From a virus, in the IMG/VR virus record IMGVR_UViG_3300045988_132810, positions 64,001 to 128,000 of that record: a DNA stretch of 64,000 bases. The stretch is one strand, 5' to 3'. The position numbers were made by a program, and so were the translations under genes. The notes beneath the pieces are model-generated. The model was not told the origin of the DNA. It was given only the letters and a program-made list of their open reading frames with translations, and made no database searches. This document shows, piece by piece, positions 28,917 to 39,514 of this stretch (positions are counted from its first letter, which is position 1; the number at the start of each line of letters is the position of its first letter).

Positions 28917-31900
28917 ATCGTTATCATAGTCCCACAGCTCAAAACGATATTTACCATCTACACATTTAGCATAATGATAAAAAGAATTTTTCGCTCTGTT
29001 ATCGATCATAGTATATCTCTCAGTGAACACATACCAATAAAGAGCAGAATCTTTGATTACCCAATTATCAAGCTGTGTGACAAACTCTTCATCAGTAGAA
29101 GTAATTACCCATTCATAGAAATCACGCCACACCTGCTTGTTCAATGCTCTTTGTGCCTCTTGCTCTTCTGTAGTGGCAGTTGTCATTCCATCCTTCGTTT
29201 CGCCACCCATTTCATAGCGGAACTCGAATGAACCATCCCAGTCATTGTAAAGAGCGTCATAAGCAGTGTTACCAGCCTTCCACTGTTCTTTCGTGATAGG
29301 ATAAGTCATATTACCATCGCTGTCGGTTACACCAGTTTGGAAAGTACTGTTAGGTAGAGTATTGTCACTTACTTCAATGACAAACTCTTTTAGGTCAGAG
29401 ACATCATTGACTCTGGTAGCATCGGTTTTTTTTGAATCACCAATATTTCCCAGCCCGTAGAAGTGCCAATCATTATCCTTAAATTCCATATGTTTAGAAA
29501 CATCAGGATCGGTTTCTTTAATGAACACTACGCAATTTTGGAACTCCATGCTATTCTTACACTTTGGATCATTTTCCATAGCAACAGTTTTATATGGCAG
29601 ATAGTCATTATAACGCTTCTGGAGCAATGCGTTATTTGCATTTTCAGAGCTTGCGATATTCAGCTTGATGTTCCACCAGTTGTTTGGCACAGAGTTCCTA
29701 GTCAAACTAACCTTACCAGAACCATCAGAATACTTTGTTCCATCTCCAAGAATAAGCTCCGTTACATAACTCGTATCCAAAGGAATCTTGCTGATAATCT
29801 GCTTCTTGCCATCAGCACAAGCAATAATATCAATATTTCTACCAGCGTAACCATATTCGTTAGAAGTCGTTCCCTGTCCAGAAAGATAAGTGTTCATGAA
29901 CTTCCAGTTATCTAGCACCGGGTCTCCACCCTTATAGATGCATTCGACATTTACGCCTTTTACAAAATCTTTTTTGTCCTTAGTAAAACGAGGACACTCA
30001 ATCTTAATAACTCTTAACTGTGGGCATGCATTTGCCACAGATTCAGGAGTTAGCGCATTATTTTCGTTATAAATCTGATTACGATTATATCTTGCAATCA
30101 TCTCATCAGAGTCTCTTGCATCAGCAACGAAGTTTGACAAAATGTTAGAGTCAGTCAGTGAAGCACTATAAGCCTTCATCCTATAGATGTGAACATCACA
30201 ATCTGTAGAACCAATAGTAATAGGCACTGGCTCGTACTGATATAGTCTATGCGTTGAATCGTAAATCATAGGTCTTAGACCAACACCATCTTCATAGCTC
30301 ATAATGACTGCAGTCGCATCTGAATTGTCCTTATCAATTGTATTAATATTGAACTCAAATTCAATAATATCTTCCTCGCTATAAGGAATATATAGACTCT
30401 TAATACTAGACTTCAAATACGCCTCATGAACATTCATTTGCAGGCCCACAACAGTAGAATCTGCTTGGCAAGTCAGGAATGTTGCATTTGCATTACTAAC
30501 ATTCGTAGTTTTAAAAACGCATTTAAATTCAGAACCATAAACACTTGCGTCTCTCTCAAAAAGCTTATAATTGATAGTGGCAGTTGTTCCAGCCTTAACA
30601 CAGAAATACTGGTTGCCATCTTCGTCAATCTGATAGCCGCCATTGCTCCAGTCGAAGTTATTTGAAACTGTCATTGCAACATCAGTGTTTGCGTCTTTCC
30701 ACAGTCTGTCTTCATCGCTATTGGAAAGGCCAGTAGGATTAAAGTCAAATGCCAAATTTGCAGTAATTGGCTCGATAGTAATACCGAGCTCCTCAATATT
30801 CATAATAATTTTAACAGTTGTGTCTCTGCAAGTAATGAGCAAAGTATGTTCACCAACATCAGAAGATTTATATGCCCAGACATCAGAATTGCCACTCATG
30901 ACCTGAGTCGCAACAACTTTGCCGTCAACACTTCTTGTAACAGTCGGAGTTGCCGTCTTCGGGTCATAAACATAGAACTGAATATTCGTTGAATTATACT
31001 GTTTGGCAGTTACTTTACCATAATGGTCATATCTATAAACGCATCCGATAACAGGAGCATCACCATTCTCGTCATACCACATAATGTCCTTGAAGATATG
31101 CTCAGTTTCAATGCTTTTACTATTAATCGTTGCTGTAATATAGCACTCAAATAAATGCGCACCATGGGCCTGAGCTGGAATTGTATAAGACTGCAATGTA
31201 CCAGAGGAACCAGTCGAAACAGTTCCAATTTCAACACCATCAAGCACAAAATGCACAGTTTTATTTACTGCGCCATATGGAGTGTATGTGAAATTGACAA
31301 CACTATTTGCCTGATATGTAATCTTATCATTAAACGAAGATTCGAGTCTTACGTCTACCTTTTGCACAGTCCAAGACTTAACAGCAGTAGTGCCAGCAGC
31401 ATCCACAACAGTCAACGTAAACTTCTGAGTGCCAATATTGGTGTAATCAGACATATCAAACGTATTCACGCCCTGCACTAATGCACCAGTTGATAGAACA
31501 GTGCTACCAGACTTCCAAGTGTAAGTGCCATCCACAGCTTCTCCATCACTATCCACTGAAGAATAATTAAAGCTAATCTCTACCTTATCTGTCGTAGTAA
31601 CAATAACTGGAGATTCAGTAATACGCTCGACTTTAAGAGTAGTAGTAACAGTAGAACCACCGCCACCACCAGTAATTACGAATTGGCTCTTTACTTCTTC
31701 TTTTTCATCTTTAACTTCGTAAAGTGTAAAAACATTCTCTTTCTCTTCGCCAGTTGCTAGAGTAGCATTTCCATATGTAGCATAGTATGTATAACCTTCT
31801 GTGTCGATACCGTCAACGGTTTGTCTTAGCGTATCAATATTTCTACTTAGAGAAGCAATGTTTGTCGTGTTTGCTTCAATGTTTTGTGCGTTTGTGTCTA

Positions 31901-32846
31901 CAGATGCCTTAAGTGTAGAAACCTTGCTGTCAATTTGAGACTTTGTATAATTGTCTCCCCCGATAATGCAGAACTCATCATTAATATAGCGATAATGCAC
32001 GTACAGCCCATCGCCATTTTTCACATAATAATCAGTAAACTCATTTCCCGTTTCAGGTAATGACTCCACTACATTCGCCATAGTTCCTGCAATCATTTTC
32101 CAAGAGTTATCAATCCATTTATAATAAAAACATCCTGCATCTGAATGTAGGATATAATCAGTTTCTACATCACCAGTTTGTGGCAGCTCAGTAACTACAA
32201 GAGTGGAGCTTCCTTTAAATTCATCCCACTTTTGATTGCCATCGTTATCCGTAATCCACCAATACTTTTCATAACCGCTACCAGACGCCTTTGGAACAAG
32301 ATAGAATGTGTAATCTTCGCCTGAATCTGGAAGCTCGTCAACGACTTCAATGCTATAAGAATGAAAATCAGCTAGTGCCGCATCAATATCAGATTTTGCT
32401 GATTTAGTATATAATTTGCCACCTGCATCAACACCAACCTCTTGCGTCATATTGTCTGCTTTTGGAATAGCTTTTACGCCGCCAAGCACGTTTTCTGAGG
32501 CAGTAGGCAGAGTGTAATTTTCTAAATTTTTAAGTTTATCCTTTTCTGCGTCTGTATAATCATTGGTAGACAATCCCTTGCCAGACACCTTGTCTACTTT
32601 ATTGTTATTAATTTGATTTTGTCTGCTTTGAACAACAAATGTGTCATTCTGAGTTAGAGACGGCAAACTGACAGTATAAGTGCCATTTGTAAGTGAAGAA
32701 ACTTTTATTCCTTGTCCAAGCGTCTTTTCTGTCACAAATACGTCGTCGCCATTTAGAGTCGGAAGCTTAACGACGTGCGAACCATCTGTTAAGTTCTCTA
32801 AGTTATATGTTTTGCCTCTAACAGTAACCTTGTTTATGAAAGCCAT
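28917..32846 (-). CDS. Giant tail adhesin, exon 1 (1310 aa): TYNLENLTDG N-terminal module, fibre and Ig-like regions, CotH-like domain start
   Basis: Track ORF 28899..32846 minus the last 5 read-through codons. N-terminus: MAFINKVTVRGKTYNLENLTDGSHVVKLP. The C-terminal part, YWYVFTERYTMIDNRAKNSFYHYAKCVDGKYRFELWDYDND, resembles the CotH (PF08757) core (..NyYlY....kw.fipWDlD..fG). Confidence 0.8.
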
Positions 32847-32872
32847 TAATTTTGTTCCCCCTTTGTGTAGTC

Positions 32873-32908
32873 TTAAAAAAAATAGGAGAGGCGTTTTACC
32901 TCTCCTAT
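32873..32908 (-). terminator. Strong rho-independent terminator
   Basis: The minus strand reads AUAGGAGAGG-UAAAACG-CCUCUCCUAU followed by UUUUUUU. Confidence 0.85.
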
Positions 32909-32944
32909 TAAATAAAACTACTTAATGTTAAGAGGCAATGCCAC

Positions 32945-34456
32945 TCAGATAACGCTAGATGCAGACCCACAATCAAAAATGATATAAGTCTCCTGATCTA
33001 GATCCTCAATCTTGTGATTGTGACCTAGTTTTGAATAAACAGTGTCATGATTGTGACCTGCAGCAGCAAACTCTGATACGTTATGAGAAATAATATCACC
33101 GCAATCAGCAGAATCAACCTTGCCATTAATCTTATTCTTTAGTGCTGCAGCAAGATCTGCTTCTGCAACTTCGTTCTTATCAGCCAGAGCGCCAGTAGGT
33201 ACAGTGATATCAACTGCCTTACCAGAAACTGCAAGTGCAGAGCCATTCACCTTAACGGACTCGATAACGTTGACCTGTGCTGCTGCTGCGATACCGTCTA
33301 ATTTGTCTTTTTCGTCATTGGTGTAATCATTGGTTGACAAGCCCTTGCCAGTTACTTTGTCAACTTTACCATCAATCTTGCCCTGAAGAGTGGACTGAAC
33401 TGAATCAACCGCATCCTTAACAGCCTTTGCAACAGAGCCAGCTTCGGTATCCTTGCCATTTAGAGTTGCAATAGCGTTCTTGTTGGCCTGAACATCACCA
33501 GACAGAGTGCTATATTCACCTTTGTGAGTTGCGGCGTAATCAATTAATTCTTTAAAAGTATTAACTGTCCCGTCGTCGCTAACCTTAGTAGAAAAGTCAT
33601 TAATGGCATCCGCAATTTTCTTATCAACAGAACCAGTCACAGTAGAAGCCCCATTTAAAGTAGCAATGGCATCGGCATTGGACTTAATGGAAGCCTTAAT
33701 AGTAGTATCATCATAAGTTGCAGCACTCTGCGCATCAGCAATCATCTGAACAACAGTCTTGCCTTCAGTAACAGTGCCAACCTTATTTGATAGAGCATCT
33801 ACGGCAGACTGAGCATCAGTACCAGCTTTCTTTGCCGCAGCAATAGCAGAATCCTTGCCATCAGCATAAGACTTGGCAGAAGCTAGTGCTGCGTCAGCCG
33901 CACCAGACTCATCATAGGCATCTGCAGCAGTATAAGCTGCTGAGCCAAGACCATGAACCTTAACATCAGTACCATTAAACTTTACAGTTCCATTAGCAGT
34001 GCCCTCTACTAGAGTATAGACAGTCTCTGGAATTGTAATGGTGCTGACAGGAGTAGAGCCCCAAGAGCCGTTTAGTGGCTTAGAGTATAGATAGAACTTG
34101 TGACCATCGTCCGCGTCTGCCTCTAGTTTATATTGCGTATCGCTATCCTGAATTTCTCCAGAAATGTAATCAGCAAGGCCAGTAATTTCAGAAGCTTGGT
34201 ACGTTGGCTTGGTTGCTGCCTTAGCCCAACTATAAACGTCTGCCGCTTTAGCTCCGGTAAAGTCTAGCTGGCTAAACTTTTTAGTGCCATCGCCAACTTT
34301 AAACAGAGTAACAGGCTCACCCTGCACAGCGCCAGTCTCAGCAGGAATGACAACAATAGCGATTTCACCATTTAGGAGCACAGGATCTTTCTCGACCCAA
34401 TTTGCATAAGTATCAATTTTATTTTTGATACGTGTATTAAAAGTCTTATTTGCCAT
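32945..34456 (-). CDS. Tail fibre with Mtd_N/hyaluronidase-like N-terminal domain
   Basis: Start moved to ATG 34456 (MANKTFNTRIKNKIDTYANWVEKDPVLLNGEIAIV...FKVGDGTKKFSQLDF), 10 nt after AAGGAG. Ala-rich fibre repeats follow, including GKGLSTNDYTNDEKDKLDGI. Confidence 0.75.
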   Translation of the reverse strand: MANKTFNTRIKNKIDTYANWVEKDPVLLNGEIAIVVIPAETGAVQGEPVTLFKVGDGTKKFSQLDFTGAKAADVYSWAKAATKPTYQASEITGLADYISGEIQDSDTQYKLEADADDGHKFYLYSKPLNGSWGSTPVSTITIPETVYTLVEGTANGTVKFNGTDVKVHGLGSAAYTAADAYDESGAADAALASAKSYADGKDSAIAAAKKAGTDAQSAVDALSNKVGTVTEGKTVVQMIADAQSAATYDDTTIKASIKSNADAIATLNGASTVTGSVDKKIADAINDFSTKVSDDGTVNTFKELIDYAATHKGEYSTLSGDVQANKNAIATLNGKDTEAGSVAKAVKDAVDSVQSTLQGKIDGKVDKVTGKGLSTNDYTNDEKDKLDGIAAAAQVNVIESVKVNGSALAVSGKAVDITVPTGALADKNEVAEADLAAALKNKINGKVDSADCGDIISHNVSEFAAAGHNHDTVYSKLGHNHKIEDLDQETYIIFDCGSASSVI

Positions 34457-34489
34457 ATTCATCAATCTCCTTTAATTTGCAAATATAAA

Positions 34490-35797
34490 TTAAGCATTGC
34501 CGCCATCCATAATAAGCGTATCAGAACCCTGAACCAGCTTATCAGTAGAGATAGCATTAACACTAATTACACCTTCGTTGGAAACAATACTATCTCCGTC
34601 AACCTTAACTAGGCCAAGTGCCTCTGCAGTTGCCGCAGGAATGGCAATATTAACGCTCTTGTCCGCAGCAGGAGCAATAGCAGTGCCATTGAGCTTGATA
34701 GACTCAATAACATTAGCCTGAGCTGCATCCCAAGCATCAACCTTTTCCTGAGTAATAGCGTCAAGCACAGTCTTGTTAGCATGTTCGTGTGCTTTTGCTT
34801 CTAGGCCATCAACAGTAGACTGTAGTGTCTCAACATCACTTGCTGCAGCCTTAGCATCAAGAATGGCCTGAAGACCAGTAACATTAGCAATCTCATGAGT
34901 GTGGGAAGCTAGAGCATACTTTTCTTCGCCATCAACCTTGAGAGCACCGTCAATAGCGTCGCTAATTTGAGTAGCGACAGCGGTTTCACCAACAAGGCCC
35001 TGTAGAGCTGTAATTTTACCGTTTGCCGTAGACAGCTCGTCTGCCAGAGCATACTTGTCAGACTCGCCATCCTTAAGAGCAGCAGCAATCTGATCTGCAA
35101 CGGACGTTTCGCCAACCTTTGTTTTAAGGCCAGCAATGTCGTCCTTATTAGTATTAATCTGGCTGTTCATGGTTGCAGCGTCAGTCTTGTGGGTAGTAAT
35201 CCAATCAGCGATCTCCTTCAGAGTATCGAAGCTCTCATCGGCACCAGCGACAACCTGTGCAATCTGATATGCCACAGAACCTTCTACAGTGCTTGCGCCA
35301 TTAAGAGTATCAATTGCAGCCTTGTTGTCGGCAACCTGCTTAACTAGACCACTCTTGTCGTCGCCAACAGTAGCTTTTAGAGATTCAATAGCAGTAGAAA
35401 GACCCTCAACGGTAGTAGTATCCGGCTTAATCCAAGAAACTTTGCCGTCCTCAGTCTTAACTAGTTGGGCACCACCAACTGCGTCAGCAAAACCAAGCAG
35501 ACTTAGCTTACCATCATTGCCCTTAACGAAGGCATTCTCGTCAATAAGGATATTGCCGCCAACCTCTTTTAAAGTCTTGTCAGGCTGAATTACATAAAGA
35601 GTAGCCTTGCCACTCTCAACAACAGCAATTTGTTGACCATAATAATATGTAGTTTCAGAGCTACCAGCCTCCTGTGCAGATGCAGCAGCGGTCTGAGCAG
35701 CTTCTAGGCTTTCAAAATAGCTTTTAGCGTCCAGAGGAAAAGCCGTCTGGCGATTAAAAGCAACAGCGAAATCAAGTGTACCAAAAGTCATTGCCAT
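34490..35797 (-). CDS. Tail fibre protein (Ala-rich repeats; conserved C-terminal DKLVQ...DGGNA tail)
   Basis: Repeated xTLNGASTVEGSV / FDTLKEIADWI modules are shared with neighbouring fibres. The C-terminus VNAISTDKLVQGSDTLIMDGGNA parallels that of 37112..38344. Confidence 0.65.
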   Translation of the reverse strand: MAMTFGTLDFAVAFNRQTAFPLDAKSYFESLEAAQTAAASAQEAGSSETTYYYGQQIAVVESGKATLYVIQPDKTLKEVGGNILIDENAFVKGNDGKLSLLGFADAVGGAQLVKTEDGKVSWIKPDTTTVEGLSTAIESLKATVGDDKSGLVKQVADNKAAIDTLNGASTVEGSVAYQIAQVVAGADESFDTLKEIADWITTHKTDAATMNSQINTNKDDIAGLKTKVGETSVADQIAAALKDGESDKYALADELSTANGKITALQGLVGETAVATQISDAIDGALKVDGEEKYALASHTHEIANVTGLQAILDAKAAASDVETLQSTVDGLEAKAHEHANKTVLDAITQEKVDAWDAAQANVIESIKLNGTAIAPAADKSVNIAIPAATAEALGLVKVDGDSIVSNEGVISVNAISTDKLVQGSDTLIMDGGNA

Positions 35798-35816
35798 AAT
35801 TGTCTTCCTCCTTCAA

Positions 35817-37088
35817 TTAAATTTGCACAGTATAGGAGTTTGCCTTTGCTACAGGGTCAGCAAAATCCGTAGTATAAACTTTATACTCAATACCAGCATC
35901 AGCACCAGCACCAGCAACAGTTAGAGTTGACTTAGTGAAAGCACTCTTAATCTCTGCGTTTAGACCATTAACGTCCTTAACAGAATTGACATCACGTAGA
36001 GTTGCAGGATAAGCAAAGATAACACGCTTCGCGCCAACAGGAATGCTAACCGTGAAAGAATTCCCATTAGTAAGAGCCTTATTGGACTTGGTAAGACCAC
36101 GAATAATTGTGCTAGTTAGTTCGGCCTTCTCTGTCACAGAACCATAGAAAGTATTACGATAACCAGTAATCGCGCCAGAAGTCTTGGTTGCTGTACCAGC
36201 AGCAATCTTTACAACTGGGCTAGAATCAGAACCAAGGTTGTCCTTCGCAACAGCACCTTCGCCATAGGTAGCCTTAGCAGTAATCTTGTAATTGGTGCCG
36301 TCAGCAACAACAACATCAGCAAAGCTGCCAGAAGCAGTGGTTGCAGAGTTGCCAGCAGTATCAGTAACTTCCCAGCTCGTGGCAGTGATACCAGTTGCAG
36401 GGCCATAGGTGTAAGAACCAGCGCTTAGAGAAGCAGAATAAGTAGGAGATACGGTAGTACCAACCTCATATGCCTTAGCCTGACCGAAAGTAAGAGTCAC
36501 AGCAGGAGCGGTAGGAGTACCGGGCTGTAGACGCTTGGAGAAAATCTCAGTTAGTGCGTCGGAGACAGATTTGCCCTTCGTCGCAAAGGTAGCAGTACCA
36601 TTCTGAGACTTAGTCATATTGCCAACCTGAGTGTAGTTACCAGCCATAACAATGTCGTCCTGTAGAATAACCTTGTCAGCGCCAACATTGCCAGTCATTG
36701 CTGCCCACTGAGTGCCATCATACATAAATGCACTTTGCTCGTAAGCGTTGCCTTCAACAGTAGTTGTAATCACGACAATATCGCCCTGCACGGCAGCGTT
36801 AGAACCTAGAGCTGCGGCAATTGCTGCATCATCAGACTGAGAAGCATCAGTACGAGTATACTTATAAAGACTGTCCCTATTCTGTGCAATAATATTTTCG
36901 ATTGCGGCCTCATCAGCGCCAGCATAATCAAGATCTGCCCACGCCTTGTTGCCATCACCAATTTTAAATTTGTTCGTGTCCGTTTCGACACCGAACTCAC
37001 CCTTGAGCAGAACTGGATTCTTTGTAGTCCAATTCTCTGCGGTGTCGTTTCTCATGACAATTCTTGTGCTTAGTGTTTTAGTTGCCAT
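35817..37088 (-). CDS. Tail fibre with Mtd_N/hyaluronidase-like N-terminal domain
   Basis: Start moved to ATG 37088 (MATKTLSTRIVMRNDTAENWTTKNPVLLKGEFGVETDTNKFKIGDGNKAWADLDY), 10 nt after AGGAGG. Confidence 0.75.
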   Translation of the reverse strand: MATKTLSTRIVMRNDTAENWTTKNPVLLKGEFGVETDTNKFKIGDGNKAWADLDYAGADEAAIENIIAQNRDSLYKYTRTDASQSDDAAIAAALGSNAAVQGDIVVITTTVEGNAYEQSAFMYDGTQWAAMTGNVGADKVILQDDIVMAGNYTQVGNMTKSQNGTATFATKGKSVSDALTEIFSKRLQPGTPTAPAVTLTFGQAKAYEVGTTVSPTYSASLSAGSYTYGPATGITATSWEVTDTAGNSATTASGSFADVVVADGTNYKITAKATYGEGAVAKDNLGSDSSPVVKIAAGTATKTSGAITGYRNTFYGSVTEKAELTSTIIRGLTKSNKALTNGNSFTVSIPVGAKRVIFAYPATLRDVNSVKDVNGLNAEIKSAFTKSTLTVAGAGADAGIEYKVYTTDFADPVAKANSYTVQI

Positions 37089-37111
37089 ATTCAAAAAACC
37101 TCCTTTAAAAA

Positions 37112-38344
37112 TTAGGCGTTTCCGCCATCAATAACAAGTTCATTGGTTTCTTCTTGTACAAGTTTATCTATAGTAATTGAATTAACTTCCAACGTGCCGT
37201 CAGAAGAAATAGAAATCTTATTTTTATCTGTAGAATTCTTGATAATATCATAAGCTTCAAGAACAACAGTCCCCGTCTTTCCATTAACCGAAGTTACGGA
37301 CAAAGACCCAGTGCTGCTTGGAGTTAAATCACAAATAGAAGAAAGTTTTACCCCATAAACGGAAACATTTCCATCATCATCTGTTGTTACAAATCCATCA
37401 ACTATTGCCTCACAAAAATATGACCACACACCTTCGGCATCTTCTGCATTTGTAATTAAAAGATTCGCCTTTTCTCCAATGGCTGCAGCACGGCTAAAAT
37501 CTTTTGCATCTACAGCATATGCCCGCCCAGTTTCGGGTCGATCATGAAATTTTTGCGCAGCAATAAATAGCGGGTCTTTTCCAGAAGAAATATTGTTGAC
37601 CTTCTCATTAAGATTAGCAATATCACTCTCCATTTTTGCAGCACCAGTAGTATCATTCTTAATCCAATCCGCAACTTCTTTTAGAGTATCAAAATCTTCT
37701 GGCGCACCATTAACAACCTCAGCAATAGCATTGGCCACAGTTTCTTTTACAGAACCTTCTCCATCACCAGACAAAGCCTCAATGGATTTTTCATTCGCAG
37801 AAATACGATTTTTAATATCTGTATCATCATACTTTTCAATTCCAGACTTTACTTTTTCTATCTCACTACCAACATAGTCAGTCGTAGCATAACCAGACAA
37901 GTCTGGAGTATTTTGAATCTCCTCATATGTATACGTCGGCTTTTCTGCTTGCTTCGCCCATGCAGGAACTGTTGGATCTGTTTCCTCTGTCAAATAATCT
38001 CCAACTGGCTGATATACACCATCGTGATTATGATCTTTATCCGCCTTTTGCTCTAGCTTTTTATCTATATAACTAGCATCTGGAATATCTAAATCATTCT
38101 CAAACTGACTGAGCTTCGTCGGCGCGTTAATAATCTGATCCCAATTAATATCTCCAGAAACGCCACCACTGCCTTCTGCATATGGGAGCTCACTCCACTT
38201 GCTTTTCCCATCACCAATTTTGTGTTTCTTGGCTGTAATATCATATGCTGGCTCGCCTTCTCTTAAAATAGGATTAACAATCTCCCATTCGTCTGTCGTT
38301 GCCCTTCTGAACTGGAATACAGTTTTTACAACACTTGTTGCCAT
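37112..38344 (-). CDS. Tail fibre with Mtd_N/hyaluronidase-like N-terminal domain
   Basis: FQFRRATTDEWEIVNPILREGEPAYDITAKKHKIGDGKSKWSELPY, plus VPAWAKQAEKPTYTYEEI and FDTLKEVADWI modules and SVNGKTGTVVL. The C-terminus is ITIDKLVQEETNELVIDGGNA. Confidence 0.7.
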   Translation of the reverse strand: MATSVVKTVFQFRRATTDEWEIVNPILREGEPAYDITAKKHKIGDGKSKWSELPYAEGSGGVSGDINWDQIINAPTKLSQFENDLDIPDASYIDKKLEQKADKDHNHDGVYQPVGDYLTEETDPTVPAWAKQAEKPTYTYEEIQNTPDLSGYATTDYVGSEIEKVKSGIEKYDDTDIKNRISANEKSIEALSGDGEGSVKETVANAIAEVVNGAPEDFDTLKEVADWIKNDTTGAAKMESDIANLNEKVNNISSGKDPLFIAAQKFHDRPETGRAYAVDAKDFSRAAAIGEKANLLITNAEDAEGVWSYFCEAIVDGFVTTDDDGNVSVYGVKLSSICDLTPSSTGSLSVTSVNGKTGTVVLEAYDIIKNSTDKNKISISSDGTLEVNSITIDKLVQEETNELVIDGGNA

Positions 38345-38361
38345 TCACTCACCCCCTTCTT

Positions 38362-38790
38362 TTAATAACCATATACACCGCCACCATCATATATGATTAA
38401 ACGATCAGGATCATCAGAACCTCCCGGTTCGTCAGACCCACCAGATGCCCCTGAGAGTACTCCACCATAAGTGCCTTCTCCAACATGAAATGCAAGCTTG
38501 TTCGTTGCCATACGGATAGTATCATTAACACCATATAGCCCCACTTCAAATTCTCCGGGAGTGGCTAAAACTTCTGGCGGAATATCACATACTAGTCTTT
38601 CATTGAGACTTCTAACATAATAATTGTTAAATACTGCTTTTAAGTCTTCACAAGCCAGCCAGTCATCTGTTCTTAGCGCAAATTCAATAAAAATAGAATT
38701 ACAATTTCCAGCAGCTAGTGGCTGATCTTTTACAAGAATTAATTGATTGTGATTTGCAGCTAATTTAATTCTCGCGTAAATATTAGACAT
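38362..38790 (-). CDS. Hypothetical structural protein (possibly BppU_N-like baseplate/fibre anchor)
   Basis: 142-aa ORF, the first gene of the fibre block. It has a beta-rich pattern (NSIFIEFALRTDDW...FEVGLYGVNDT...LAFHVGEG). The family assignment rests on memory alone. Confidence 0.35.
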   Translation of the reverse strand: MSNIYARIKLAANHNQLILVKDQPLAAGNCNSIFIEFALRTDDWLACEDLKAVFNNYYVRSLNERLVCDIPPEVLATPGEFEVGLYGVNDTIRMATNKLAFHVGEGTYGGVLSGASGGSDEPGGSDDPDRLIIYDGGGVYGY

Positions 38791-38823
38791 TTTAACGCCT
38801 CACACTCCTTTCTTTGTATGGAG

Positions 38824-39231
38824 TCACCATAAAGTTTCGTCTATAGACATAAAATAATCTATTGGCGCTGTGTCTATAATATGTTCTATTTCTTTTTCTT
38901 TCCATTTATCTAATAATGGATTATAATATGAATAAAATTTTGGTTCAGGAAGATATAAATGAGGAGAAATCTCATCATGTGCCTTGTCATCTCTATTAAT
39001 ACGAGGCTTATATTTGTTTATCAAATAAATCTCCAATAAAAACATATCTGCCTCTGAATCACACACAGTGTATTCTATACGTGTCGTAGCAATAATATCT
39101 AACTTCTTCACCATTGGCTTTCCAAAAAAATGCAGTCTCAAACGATCAATCAAATTCTGTGAGGTTCTGCCTATGTATGCGAGCTCATTCCCATAATAAA
39201 TCTTATAAAGTATATAGTTTTTATAGCTCAT
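38824..39231 (-). CDS. GIY-YIG nuclease (free-standing homing-endonuclease-like)
   Basis: YILYKIYYGNELAYIGRTSQNLIDRLRLH...EIYLINKYKPRIN fits the GIY..YIG..R..H..E..N pattern. The protein is 135 aa. Confidence 0.7.
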   Translation of the reverse strand: MSYKNYILYKIYYGNELAYIGRTSQNLIDRLRLHFFGKPMVKKLDIIATTRIEYTVCDSEADMFLLEIYLINKYKPRINRDDKAHDEISPHLYLPEPKFYSYYNPLLDKWKEKEIEHIIDTAPIDYFMSIDETLW

Positions 39232-39445
39232 GATTATTCCATAACTCGTATAAATGCTTTACCTTGTTTGACTTCTTAAATACAAAAACTAGACAATTAT
39301 TCCTAGTATTTGTGTATAAAATGTCCACTAAATCATCTTCCGCACCGGCACATAAATATTTATATATCTGCTGAAAATTACTCAGATAAACAACTGAGCT
39401 GTTGTCAGGATTGTATTGTTTCCCTGTAATTGTGCTCTTAACCAT
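39221..39445 (-). CDS. Hypothetical small protein
   Basis: From track ORF 39221..39502. Start moved to ATG 39445 (MVKSTITG), preceded by AAAGGAGAAAAG. The listed upstream start has no ribosome-binding site and abuts a terminator. Confidence 0.5.
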   Translation of the reverse strand: MVKSTITGKQYNPDNSSVVYLSNFQQIYKYLCAGAEDDLVDILYTNTRNNCLVFVFKKSNKVKHLYELWNNHEL

Positions 39446-39514
39446 TTGTTTCTTTTCTCCTTTTATTCCAAATAAAAGCCACCAGATACATCCACGTGTC
39501 ATGTACCTAGCGGC

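Noticed and set aside
14976-38344. Diversity-generating retroelement, suggested by the Mtd_N-like domains
   Set aside because: No reverse transcriptase gene is present and I found no near-identical template/variable repeat pair with adenine-specific differences. Only the N-terminal docking domain resembles Mtd-type proteins.
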